A stretch of DNA of 24,000 nt from an uncultured Flavobacteriales bacterium. GTDB taxonomy: Bacteria > Bacteroidota > Bacteroidia > Flavobacteriales_D > Luteibaculaceae. The position numbers were made by a program, and so were the translations under genes. The stretch spans positions 296,328 to 320,327 of the forward strand of contig CAZVJF010000001.1 of assembly GCA_964627445.1 (NCBI GenBank). The letters run 5' to 3'. Every line of letters begins with the position of its first letter. Within the stretch, counting starts at the first letter, position 1. Shown in pieces: positions 9,777 to 18,440 of this stretch. The notes beneath the pieces are model-generated. The model searched no databases, was not told the origin of the DNA, and saw nothing but the letters and a program-made list of their open reading frames with translations.

Positions 9777-9914
9777 CGATATCAGCACGAAATACTGTCA
9801 AATTGACATTTATTATACGCCCAAATAGAAACTTAAGCCCCCCATAATTCCGTTAAGCCCAGAAACAATATTTATTATTGCTGTTTTTTAGCAGCACACA
9901 TTAGCGATTATACG

Positions 9915-12263
9915 ATGGCAAAAAACCTACTTATAGTAGAGTCTCCGGCCAAGGCGGGCACCATAGAGAAGTATCTAGGGAAGGATTTCGTGGTTCGAAG
10001 TTCGTACGGACATATTAGAGATCTTGAGAAAAAGGATACCGGTATTGATATTGAAGCGGGGTTTGAACCCGTTTACGTTTTAGATCCGGAAAAGAAAAAG
10101 TTGGTCACTGAGTTGAAAAAACTGGCCAAAGAAGCCGAGATGGTTTGGTTAGCAACGGATGAGGACCGCGAAGGGGAAGCCATTAGCTGGCACCTAGCGG
10201 AGGCCCTAAAATTAAATCCAGACAAAACCAAGCGCATTACCTTTAATGAAATTACCAAGCCCGCAGTGGTAAAAGCGCTAGAAAAGCCACGCGACATTAA
10301 CAACCACTTGGTGAATGCTCAGCAAGCGCGCAGAGTTTTGGACCGTTTGGTGGGATTTGAGCTTTCCCCAGTGCTGTGGAAAAAAGTGAAACCTTCCTTA
10401 TCTGCAGGTAGGGTACAATCGGTTGCGGTGCGCTTAATTGTGGAGCGCGAACGAGAAATACAAAACTTTACTCCAGAGACTTATTTTAAAGTATCGGGTA
10501 AGTTTAACAACTCCAAAGGCGATGCTTTTAAAGCCGAAATAACCAACAAGTTAGATAGTCAACAGACGGTAGAAGAGATTCTAAAAGGTAGCAGTACCGG
10601 TAATTTTAATGTAGCGGATCTGCAAGTAAAGCCTGGCAAAAAATCGCCCGCTGCACCGTTTACCACTTCTACCCTTCAGCAAGAAGCTTCCAGGAAATTA
10701 GGATTCTCGGTTGCGCAAACCATGAGTGTTGCCCAAAAGCTTTACGAAGCTGGGCACATTACTTATATGCGTACCGATTCGGTAAACCTTTCCGACACGG
10801 CACTCAACGGAGCACGGGATGCCATTAAAAAAGATTTTGGAGACCAATACCACAAGCTGCGCAAGTATTCTAGCAAAACCAAAGGAGCCCAAGAAGCTCA
10901 CGAAGCCATACGTCCAACCAATTTTAATGAAGACAGCCTAGGTGCCGATGGCCAACAGCAACGCTTGTACGACCTAATTTGGAAACGCAGCATTGCCAGC
11001 CAAATGAGCGATGCCGAGATTGAGCGCACTACGGCCAAACTAGAGCACCCCAACGTGAAATACAACTTCACTGCAAAAGGTGAGGTTATAAAATTCGATG
11101 GATTCTTAAAAGTATACATTGAATCTACGGATGACGAGCCAGCAGAAGAAACTGGCATTTTACCTCAGCTTGCTGTTGGTGAAACCATTACCTATACCGA
11201 AATAACGGGTACGCAGCGGTTCTCACATCATCCACCACGCTATTCGGAAGCACGTTTGGTTAAAAAGTTAGAGGAACAAGGTATTGGACGCCCCTCTACT
11301 TACGCTCCTACCATATCTACCATTCAAAAGCGAGGCTACGTAGTCAAAGAAGAGCGCCCAGGAAAAGAGCGCAAATACAAACAGCTGCGGTTGAAGGAGG
11401 GGGCAATAAATACCGAAGAAAAAACCGAAATAACAGGAGCCGAAAAAGGTAAGATGTTCCCCACTGATATTGGGATGGTCGTAAACGACTTTTTAGTGGA
11501 GCACTTCGACACCATTCTAGATTATGGCTTTACCGCAGACATAGAAAACCAGTTTGACGAAATTGCTCAAGGGAAACTGGAATGGAAAAATATGTTGGGC
11601 ACTTTCTACCAACCTTTCCATAAAACCGTTGAGGACACCTTAGAAACCTCAGAGCGCGCTACTGGTGAGCGCGAATTAGGTACGGACCCCAAAAGCGGCA
11701 AAAAAGTAATAGCACGCATTGGCCGTTATGGCCCCATGATACAAATTGGCAATATCGAAGACGAAGAAAAGCCACAGTTTGCTTCGCTTCGCGGAGACCA
11801 AAGTATCAGCACCATAAGCCTAGAAGAAGCACTAGAGTTATTTAAACTTCCTCGAGAGTTGGGCGAGTGGAATGACAAAATGGTGAAAGCCAATATTGGT
11901 CGCTTTGGCCCCTATGTGCAATGGGGAAGCACCTTTGCCAGCATTAAAAAAGACACCTACGACCCACACGAAATTACCTTCGAAGAGGCCATTCCTTTAC
12001 TAGAAGCCAAAATACAGGCCGATAAGGAAAAAAATATCAACATTTTTGAAGGCAAGCCCACGATAAAGGTCCTCAATGGTCGCTATGGCCCGTATATAGC
12101 CGTGGGACGTAAAAACTTTAAAATTCCCAAAGACAAAGAACCAGCCGAACTTACGCGCGAAGACTGCCTTGCCATCATTGATGCAGCACCGGCCAAAGGA
12201 TCGAAAACTAAGGCTAAAGCCAAGACAAAAAGCAAGAGCAAAACCACCGCAAAAAAGAAGTAA
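9915..12263 (+). CDS. topA: DNA topoisomerase I (type IA)
   Basis: The 782-aa ORF has a TOPRIM N-terminus (MAKNLLIVESPAKAGTIEKYLGKDFVVRSSYGHIRDL...ATDEDREGEAISWH). The active-site region reads ITYMRTDS. The C-terminus has GR(Y/F)GP(Y/M) repeats and a Lys-rich tail. Confidence 0.97.
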   Translation: MAKNLLIVESPAKAGTIEKYLGKDFVVRSSYGHIRDLEKKDTGIDIEAGFEPVYVLDPEKKKLVTELKKLAKEAEMVWLATDEDREGEAISWHLAEALKLNPDKTKRITFNEITKPAVVKALEKPRDINNHLVNAQQARRVLDRLVGFELSPVLWKKVKPSLSAGRVQSVAVRLIVEREREIQNFTPETYFKVSGKFNNSKGDAFKAEITNKLDSQQTVEEILKGSSTGNFNVADLQVKPGKKSPAAPFTTSTLQQEASRKLGFSVAQTMSVAQKLYEAGHITYMRTDSVNLSDTALNGARDAIKKDFGDQYHKLRKYSSKTKGAQEAHEAIRPTNFNEDSLGADGQQQRLYDLIWKRSIASQMSDAEIERTTAKLEHPNVKYNFTAKGEVIKFDGFLKVYIESTDDEPAEETGILPQLAVGETITYTEITGTQRFSHHPPRYSEARLVKKLEEQGIGRPSTYAPTISTIQKRGYVVKEERPGKERKYKQLRLKEGAINTEEKTEITGAEKGKMFPTDIGMVVNDFLVEHFDTILDYGFTADIENQFDEIAQGKLEWKNMLGTFYQPFHKTVEDTLETSERATGERELGTDPKSGKKVIARIGRYGPMIQIGNIEDEEKPQFASLRGDQSISTISLEEALELFKLPRELGEWNDKMVKANIGRFGPYVQWGSTFASIKKDTYDPHEITFEEAIPLLEAKIQADKEKNINIFEGKPTIKVLNGRYGPYIAVGRKNFKIPKDKEPAELTREDCLAIIDAAPAKGSKTKAKAKTKSKSKTTAKKK

Positions 12264-12266
12264 GCC

Positions 12267-13427
12267 ATGGACTTAGCAACCGAGTTTTTATCGCTAAGTG
12301 ACCATAAAGCCGCACACTACCCTAAAAAATCTTGGGGCAAGCGGGTGTACAGTGCGGTTGAAGATTTCGATCCAGAAAACACCATCGCCATTTTTTTGGG
12401 GTGCGAGGAGTACCGCGGAGCCGACCAACATGCTCACGGAGAGGCGGATGCCATCAAAGAGGCCTTTTTCCGTCTATATCCCATAGATAACAGCAAAGGA
12501 AGAATTCTGGATTTAGGCAATTTAAAGCCAGGAGCTACCCTAAGCGATTCGTATGCAGCTACCCAAACCGTGCTTTTTAAAGCCATACAACTCGGAATTC
12601 CCATTATTGTATTGGGCGGAAGTTCTGATAACATCCTTCCGATTTTATCAGTTTATGAGAAGCTCGAGGCGTTTTACAGTGTACTTGCTATAGACTACAG
12701 CATAGATTTTAATGGGCACGAAAGCGCACACTGGAAAAACTACCTACACCAATTCTTTCACGAGCACCCTAGTTTTTTGTACCAATATTTACACGCTGGA
12801 ATCCAAGGTTACCTGCAAAACCCAGATGTGCTTAAATTTTTTCATAACGTACATTATGACGCCACGCGCTTGGGTGTTTTACGCAATCAGCTTTCCAAAA
12901 TAGAGCCTATGTTGAGGCTCAGCAACGCCTGCCTTATCGATGCAGCTTCGGTAAAAGTGGCCGACATGCCCGGAACTTTGGTAGGGAACCCCAACGGCTT
13001 TTACATTGAAGACCTGTGTCAAATAGCCAAGTACGCAGGGTTTAACGGATCGGTTAACGTACTAGGCATTTTTGATGTCTCCTTTGCGCTGTGCTCCGAA
13101 CGCGAGAAGCAAATTACCGCTTCGGGCTGGGCTCAGGTACTGTGGTGTTTCATGGAAGCCCTACCATTTCGAATAGCAGAAAACCCGAAACCCGCTGCAG
13201 ACGGGTTTAAGCGGTACACCGTACACGTATCAGAATGGGATCAAGACTTGGTATTTTACAAGTCCACCAAAACGGCACGATGGTGGCTTCAAGCTCCCAG
13301 GAAAAATCAAGAAAACGTTCCAGTAACCCCGTTTCAAATGCTACCTTGCTTGGAAGAAGACTACAATCTCGCTTCACAAAACACCATTCCAGAAGCATGG
13401 TGGGTTTCCTTGTTTAGATCCAATTAA
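12267..13427 (+). CDS. Arginase/formiminoglutamase-fold (ureohydrolase family) protein, apparently with a degenerate metal site
   Basis: The 386-aa ORF starts 3 nt after the topA stop. Hand alignment to the ureohydrolase motifs gives VLGGSSDN for GGDHS, AIDYSID for DAHxD, and LIDAASVKVADMPG for SxDxDxxDPxxxPG. The spacing from S120 to D143 is 23 residues, as between H101 and D124 of arginase I. Confidence 0.55.
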   Translation: MDLATEFLSLSDHKAAHYPKKSWGKRVYSAVEDFDPENTIAIFLGCEEYRGADQHAHGEADAIKEAFFRLYPIDNSKGRILDLGNLKPGATLSDSYAATQTVLFKAIQLGIPIIVLGGSSDNILPILSVYEKLEAFYSVLAIDYSIDFNGHESAHWKNYLHQFFHEHPSFLYQYLHAGIQGYLQNPDVLKFFHNVHYDATRLGVLRNQLSKIEPMLRLSNACLIDAASVKVADMPGTLVGNPNGFYIEDLCQIAKYAGFNGSVNVLGIFDVSFALCSEREKQITASGWAQVLWCFMEALPFRIAENPKPAADGFKRYTVHVSEWDQDLVFYKSTKTARWWLQAPRKNQENVPVTPFQMLPCLEEDYNLASQNTIPEAWWVSLFRSN

Positions 13428-13461
13428 ATTTTAGCAATACACGGTTTTTCCCTCAAATATT

Positions 13462-14439
13462 TTGTATTATAGAAGGTTTCTGACTTTACCTGTGCACAAC
13501 ACCATCAAACACATATCACTTTTAGCGCTGATAATTACCAGTGCGTGGTCTGCAGCTTCTCAGCAGCAGATTCAGTTGTCGCAGTTTTTTGCTGATTACA
13601 CCTTGTTTAATCCAGCATTCGCAGGCAGGAACTACCAAACCGATGTTAGTGTGATACACCGACAACAGTGGGTTGGTTTAGATGGTGCTCCCGTCACCAC
13701 GTTAGCTGGGGTGAACACCCGCATTTTGCAAGGTAAAATGGGTGTTGGCCTTAATGCTTTCTCCGATCGCATTGGTGCATTTAACCATACTGGAGTTCGT
13801 TTATCCTTCGCAGGATCTAAGCGCATGGGCCTTAACCAGTTTCGCTTTGCTATAGCCCCCTCTTTTTACTCATACTCCTTATCGGGTAACTTTAGCGCTT
13901 TAGATGGTAGCGACAATGACCCTGTGCTAAACCAAGGCAACATAGCATCCACCGCAGTAGATGTTAACGTGGGATTTTTATATGAAACGCCCGATTATTT
14001 TGTTGGCTTGTCCGCTCTTAATTTATTGGGTGCTCGCGTTGGAGATCTTGCTCTTCAGCAAGTGCGCACGCTAAATGTCGTAGCTGGATATCAATTCAAC
14101 GAAATTTTCATTCCTGATGTAGGTTTTTACCCTACCCTTTTGGCTAAGGCGGACTTGAGTAACATTTCTGGGATTACCATAGATGTTAACCTGATTGCAC
14201 TCTACAAAAAATCCTTTTTTGCTGGGCTAGGATTTAGACCCGGAGACGCACTTTATCCCATGTTGGGGTATCAGTGGTTCAATTCTTTGGGCAAATTTAG
14301 GCTAGGTTATGCATACGACTATACTACAACTAACATAAATAACGTTTCGAATGGTACCCACGAAGTGATCTTGAATTATAGTTACTTTATCTCCAGATCG
14401 GGGACTCTTAAACAATATAAGAACGTAAGATTCCTATAA
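13462..14439 (+). CDS. porP: Type IX secretion system membrane protein, PorP/SprF family
   Basis: After a signal peptide the 325-aa ORF reads QQQIQLSQFFADYTLFNPAFAGRNYQTDVSVIHRQQWVGLDGAPVTTLAGV...VGLNAFSDRIGAF...HEVILNY, the PorP/SprF signature. It sits directly upstream of gldK. No in-frame ATG exists near the 5' end. The start is either TTG 13462 (as in the track) or GTG 13492, which would give MHNTIKHISLLALIITSAWSAASQ. Confidence 0.8.
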   Translation: MYYRRFLTLPVHNTIKHISLLALIITSAWSAASQQQIQLSQFFADYTLFNPAFAGRNYQTDVSVIHRQQWVGLDGAPVTTLAGVNTRILQGKMGVGLNAFSDRIGAFNHTGVRLSFAGSKRMGLNQFRFAIAPSFYSYSLSGNFSALDGSDNDPVLNQGNIASTAVDVNVGFLYETPDYFVGLSALNLLGARVGDLALQQVRTLNVVAGYQFNEIFIPDVGFYPTLLAKADLSNISGITIDVNLIALYKKSFFAGLGFRPGDALYPMLGYQWFNSLGKFRLGYAYDYTTTNINNVSNGTHEVILNYSYFISRSGTLKQYKNVRFL

Positions 14440-14443
14440 TTTT

Positions 14444-14451
14444 TAACTTTG
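14444..14451 (+). promoter_or_regulatory. Candidate sigmaA -7 box upstream of gldK
   Basis: TAACTTTG is an exact TAnnTTTG match, ending 52 nt upstream of the gldK ATG. I saw no clear -33 TTG. Confidence 0.3.
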
Positions 14452-14503
14452 CTTTTCTGTGGTATTGAAATTAACAGTTATTTCGCAACCTAACCGATAG
14501 ATT

Positions 14504-15850
14504 ATGAAGAAGTGGTTTAATCTCATAGCGGTTACAGCCTTGGCTGTAATACTATTTTCTTGTTCCGGAGGCGGGAACTACGAATTGGTCGGTGTAAGTA
14601 CATTTGATGGTTACACTCCAACAACTCCGTATGGCATGCAATATATTCACATGGGTAGTTTTACCATGGGAAATACGGATAATGACATCGTATACAATCA
14701 CACCACGCGCCCGAGAACTGTATCGGTAGCATCGTTTTATATCGATGATACTGAGATTTCTAACACGGAATACCGCCAGTTTGTTTGGTGGGTACGCGAC
14801 TCTACCGCTCTTAGCCTATTAGCTGAAGAAGGATTAGAGGACTATGCCACTGAAGATGAGGAAACCGGTGAGTACATCCTCAACTGGAGAGCCCAAATTG
14901 AGTGGAATGGTGAAGAAGAGCGTGAAGCGCTAGAGTCTATGTTCATCGAAGAAGACGAGCAGTTTTATGGCCAGAAAGTGCTGGACCCACGCCAACTTGT
15001 TTATGAGTACTACTGGGTAGATTTTCAATCTGCTGCAGTTCGTTTAGAGCGTGATAACAAGCAGATGTTCACCAACTCCAAAGGTGGTGCCGCCCCCGTG
15101 CTTTCACACAACAACCGCAAGAAATACATCATTAAGGAGCTTGTGAGTGTATACCCAGACACGTTATCTTGGATACACGATTTTGTTGGCTCAAACAACA
15201 GTGCTATGGCCGAAAACTATTTTTGGCACCCTGCATATGACGACTACCCCTTGGTAGGAGTAACATGGTCTCAAGCGAAAGCCTTTAACGTTTGGAGAAC
15301 CAATCTTATGAACCAAGGTAAAGCCAGACGCGGAGACTTAGCTATGCCTAGCTTCCGTCTTCCTACAGAAACTGAGTGGGAGTATGCCGCTAGAGGTGGT
15401 TTAGATTTAGGACAGTACCCTTGGGGTGGTCCTTACACGCGTAACGCACAAGGTTGCCCACTGGCTAACTTTAAGCCCATGCGTGGTGACTACGTAGAAG
15501 ACGGTGGTTTCTACACGGTGCGCATCGACTCTTATGAGCCTAATGACTACGGTCTATTCAACATGGCTGGTAATGTTGCTGAGTGGACCATTACCGCTTA
15601 TGATGAGTCTGTGTATGAATACGTAGGCGAGCTAAACCCAGACTACACGTACGATGCTAAACAAAACGAATTGCCTGTATTTAAAAGAAAAGTAATTCGT
15701 GGAGGTAGCTGGAAAGACATTCAGTACTACGTTCAGGTAGGTACCCGAGCATACGAATATCAAGATTCTGCTAAGTGCTACTTAGGGTTCCGCTCTGCCA
15801 TGAGTTACCTCGGACGCGGTCAAGAAATTAGTGGTCCAGGAGGAAACTAA
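14504..15850 (+). CDS. gldK: T9SS/gliding lipoprotein GldK (PorK), SUMF1/FGE-type domain
   Basis: The 448-aa ORF has a lipoprotein signal (MKKWFNLIAVTALAVILFSC). The FGE-sulfatase-like domain reads YIHMGSFTMGN...DYPLVGVTWSQAKAF...RLPTETEWEYAARGG...NVAEWT...IRGGSW. It is the first gene of the gldKLMN order. Confidence 0.9.
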   Translation: MKKWFNLIAVTALAVILFSCSGGGNYELVGVSTFDGYTPTTPYGMQYIHMGSFTMGNTDNDIVYNHTTRPRTVSVASFYIDDTEISNTEYRQFVWWVRDSTALSLLAEEGLEDYATEDEETGEYILNWRAQIEWNGEEEREALESMFIEEDEQFYGQKVLDPRQLVYEYYWVDFQSAAVRLERDNKQMFTNSKGGAAPVLSHNNRKKYIIKELVSVYPDTLSWIHDFVGSNNSAMAENYFWHPAYDDYPLVGVTWSQAKAFNVWRTNLMNQGKARRGDLAMPSFRLPTETEWEYAARGGLDLGQYPWGGPYTRNAQGCPLANFKPMRGDYVEDGGFYTVRIDSYEPNDYGLFNMAGNVAEWTITAYDESVYEYVGELNPDYTYDAKQNELPVFKRKVIRGGSWKDIQYYVQVGTRAYEYQDSAKCYLGFRSAMSYLGRGQEISGPGGN

Positions 15851-15916
15851 TCAAGCGCCCACATACGGCAAACACATCACCCAACGTTATAATTAAAAGT
15901 AAATCAGGAAATCTTT

Positions 15917-16720
15917 ATGAAACCAGGAAGTAAAGGATGGAAAAAGTTTATGGCCAAGCTCTATGGAATTGGAGCTGCCGTAGTAATTATCGGTGCACTC
16001 TTTAAAATCATGCACTGGCCGTATTCTGGTATCCTTCTTATTGTAGGTCTGAGTACAGAAGCGATCATCTTCGTTTTCTCTGCCTTTGAACCTATTCCAA
16101 AAGAATACGATTGGTCTTTAGTATACGATGAATTCAATGAAGGATCGAATACCGAGGATCTTCCACCCGCAAGAAAAAAAGCAAGCTTGGGTGAATTGGA
16201 TCACATGTTAGAAGATGCGCAAATTACTCCTGAGTTACTGGACAGCTTGGGTAATGGCTTACGTTCGCTTTCGGATCAAGCTTCCAAGCTTAACGATATT
16301 TCGGACGCCTCTGTTGCTACAAACGACTACGTAGATACCCTTAAAGGTGCTTCTTCTAAAGTTGGTGAGCTATCTGACAACTACCAAAGAGCATCTGAAT
16401 CACTAGTTGGCCTTATGGAGTCTGGCGAGTTCAGCAATGAAGCAGGAGAGGGTCTTAAGCGTCTTTCTAACAACCTAAGAAGCTTAAATGACGCTTACGA
16501 GCTACAGCTACAGGGTGCTACCGACCACCTCAAAGCAGCCGGTGAAGCTTTTACTGGTATCGAGGAGCTCATCAAAAACCTTCAAGATTCTGTAGACGGA
16601 ACCAAGCGCTACCAAGAAAACATTTCTCACTTGTCTGAGAACCTAAGTTCGCTAAACACTGTGTACGGAAACATGTTAGCTGCGATGAATTACAATCGCC
16701 CAGCTCCAGTACAACAGTAA
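15917..16720 (+). CDS. gldL: T9SS/gliding motor protein GldL (PorL)
   Basis: The 267-aa ORF has two N-terminal TM helices (LYGIGAAVVIIGALFKIMHW and ILLIVGLSTEAIIFVFSAFEP). The conserved intramembrane Glu is E48 (codon 16058-16060). A cytoplasmic helical tail follows. Confidence 0.9.
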   Translation: MKPGSKGWKKFMAKLYGIGAAVVIIGALFKIMHWPYSGILLIVGLSTEAIIFVFSAFEPIPKEYDWSLVYDEFNEGSNTEDLPPARKKASLGELDHMLEDAQITPELLDSLGNGLRSLSDQASKLNDISDASVATNDYVDTLKGASSKVGELSDNYQRASESLVGLMESGEFSNEAGEGLKRLSNNLRSLNDAYELQLQGATDHLKAAGEAFTGIEELIKNLQDSVDGTKRYQENISHLSENLSSLNTVYGNMLAAMNYNRPAPVQQ

Positions 16721-16759
16721 TTAGTATTTACCACTACCTTAAGAAAGGACTGAATAAAC

Positions 16760-18439
16760 ATGGCAGGAGGAAAGGAAACCCCACGTCAGAAAATGATCGG
16801 TATGATGTATTTAGTGCTAACAGCTTTGTTAGCACTAAATGTGTCTAAAGACATCTTAGATGCCTTTGCTGTAATTGATAAGGGTATTAAGAAAACTACA
16901 GACAGCTTCTCTGATAAAGTAGAAGGGCAAATGGCCGCCTTTGAAAACTCGTATCAAGAGAACAAAGAGAAGGTTGAGAAGTACTACAACAAAGCTAAAA
17001 CCGTAGAAAAGGATGCCAATGAGTTGATCAATTACATCAACATCATGAAGGCCAAGGTGATTAGTTCTTCACTGGAAGCTACTCCCGATAACTACGAGAA
17101 CTACATTGCCAAAAACCAAGAAACAGGTAGAGATACCGTCTTGGGTATCGATCCGATTGAGAAAAAGGATGACTACGATAGCCCGGGCTATTTTCTACTG
17201 GGCGAAGATCCAGCCAAACCCAAAGACGAAGAACACTCGGCTTTGGCTTTACAAAAGAAAATGGAAGCTTTCCGCGACCAGATGATTTCTTTTGTACAGG
17301 ATAATCCTGCTAAAGTAGAGCGCTTAAAGGAAGACTTTAAGTTTGAGGACGGTACCGATAAATCGGGTGTAAAAATGGGATGGCCATCACTTACCTTTTA
17401 TCACCAGACCGTAGCCGCTACTCTAACGATGCTATCCAAGCTTCAGGCCGATGTAAGAACGGTAGAAAGCGACATGATATCACACCTCTATTCGGAGGTA
17501 GACGCAGCTTCGTATAAGTTTAACAAGCTGGTACCTGTGGTTAATGTTAAGGAAAGCTTTTTAGCACCTGGAGATTCCTTTAAAGCAGATATCTACCTAG
17601 CAGCTATTGACACCACAAAAGACCCTGTAATGAACGTAGGTTCTACCTACGATGAAGCAAACAGTACCGTTGGTGGGAAACCACTACCTGTTGAAGTGAA
17701 AAAAGGCGTTGGTTTCATACGTTTCAAAACCAAAGATGTAGGCGAAAAAGAATGGAAGGGTGTTATTGATTATAAAACCCCTACGGGTGAAATGAACCAC
17801 TACCCGTTCGAATTTAGCTACAAAGTGTCTGATGCTGGTGCTGTTATCAGCCCCACTAAGATGAATGTGCTTTACCGTGGTATTGAGAACCCTGTTTCTG
17901 TATCTGTACCCGGTGTGGATCCCGATAACATAGAATTAGCAGCAAGTTCTGCAGGATTTAAAATTAAACCCGATCCTAGTGCCCCAGGTAGCTACTTGAT
18001 AACACCAGGAAAGCAAGCCAAAGGGCGTGAAGTTTCTTTGCTTGTGAATGCCAAAAGTGAAAACAAAAAGAAAAAAGTTGGTGAAAAGCCCTTCCGCTTA
18101 AAGCCGCTTCCGCCTCCTACCCCACTTTTTATGGGTAAGAAACCTACCGATGACGTTATTCAATTGGTGGCATTAAAATCGGGTGATAAACTGTTTTGTG
18201 TCCTGGAAGACTTCCTTTTTGACGGAATTAAATTCGAGGTAACGAAATTTTCACTATCTACTACACGTGGAGGCGACTTAATTAGTTATAACACGCGCGG
18301 AGATCGCTTAAGTGGTGAAATGAAAAGTGCCATTGGTCAAATGCGTAAAAATCAGATCATCACATTCAACAACATTTACGCGGTTGGTCCTGATGGTGTG
18401 GAACAAAAACTAGCGAGTTTGTCATTTAAAATTATCTAG
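16760..18439 (+). CDS. gldM: T9SS/gliding motor protein GldM (PorM)
   Basis: The 559-aa ORF begins MAGGKETPRQKMIGMMYLVLTALLALNVSKDILDAF, the hallmark GldM start. It has the conserved Arg9 (codon 16784-16786) and a single TM helix, followed by a long periplasmic region. Confidence 0.92.
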   Translation: MAGGKETPRQKMIGMMYLVLTALLALNVSKDILDAFAVIDKGIKKTTDSFSDKVEGQMAAFENSYQENKEKVEKYYNKAKTVEKDANELINYINIMKAKVISSSLEATPDNYENYIAKNQETGRDTVLGIDPIEKKDDYDSPGYFLLGEDPAKPKDEEHSALALQKKMEAFRDQMISFVQDNPAKVERLKEDFKFEDGTDKSGVKMGWPSLTFYHQTVAATLTMLSKLQADVRTVESDMISHLYSEVDAASYKFNKLVPVVNVKESFLAPGDSFKADIYLAAIDTTKDPVMNVGSTYDEANSTVGGKPLPVEVKKGVGFIRFKTKDVGEKEWKGVIDYKTPTGEMNHYPFEFSYKVSDAGAVISPTKMNVLYRGIENPVSVSVPGVDPDNIELAASSAGFKIKPDPSAPGSYLITPGKQAKGREVSLLVNAKSENKKKKVGEKPFRLKPLPPPTPLFMGKKPTDDVIQLVALKSGDKLFCVLEDFLFDGIKFEVTKFSLSTTRGGDLISYNTRGDRLSGEMKSAIGQMRKNQIITFNNIYAVGPDGVEQKLASLSFKII

Positions 18440-18440
18440 T

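Noticed and set aside
9750-9788. GTG start at 9788 for miaB ([13 protein letters not shown]...)
   Set aside because: The extension would be translated through the exact TAnnTTTG -7 box at 9769-9776. The ATG at 9749 is better placed and leaves a normal MiaB N-terminus.
10073-13826. Minus-strand ORFs inside topA, plus ORFs on both strands inside the arginase-like gene and one minus-strand ORF inside porP (60-86 aa each)
   Set aside because: All lie within, and antisense or out-of-frame to, confident longer genes. None has a motif or a plausible start context.
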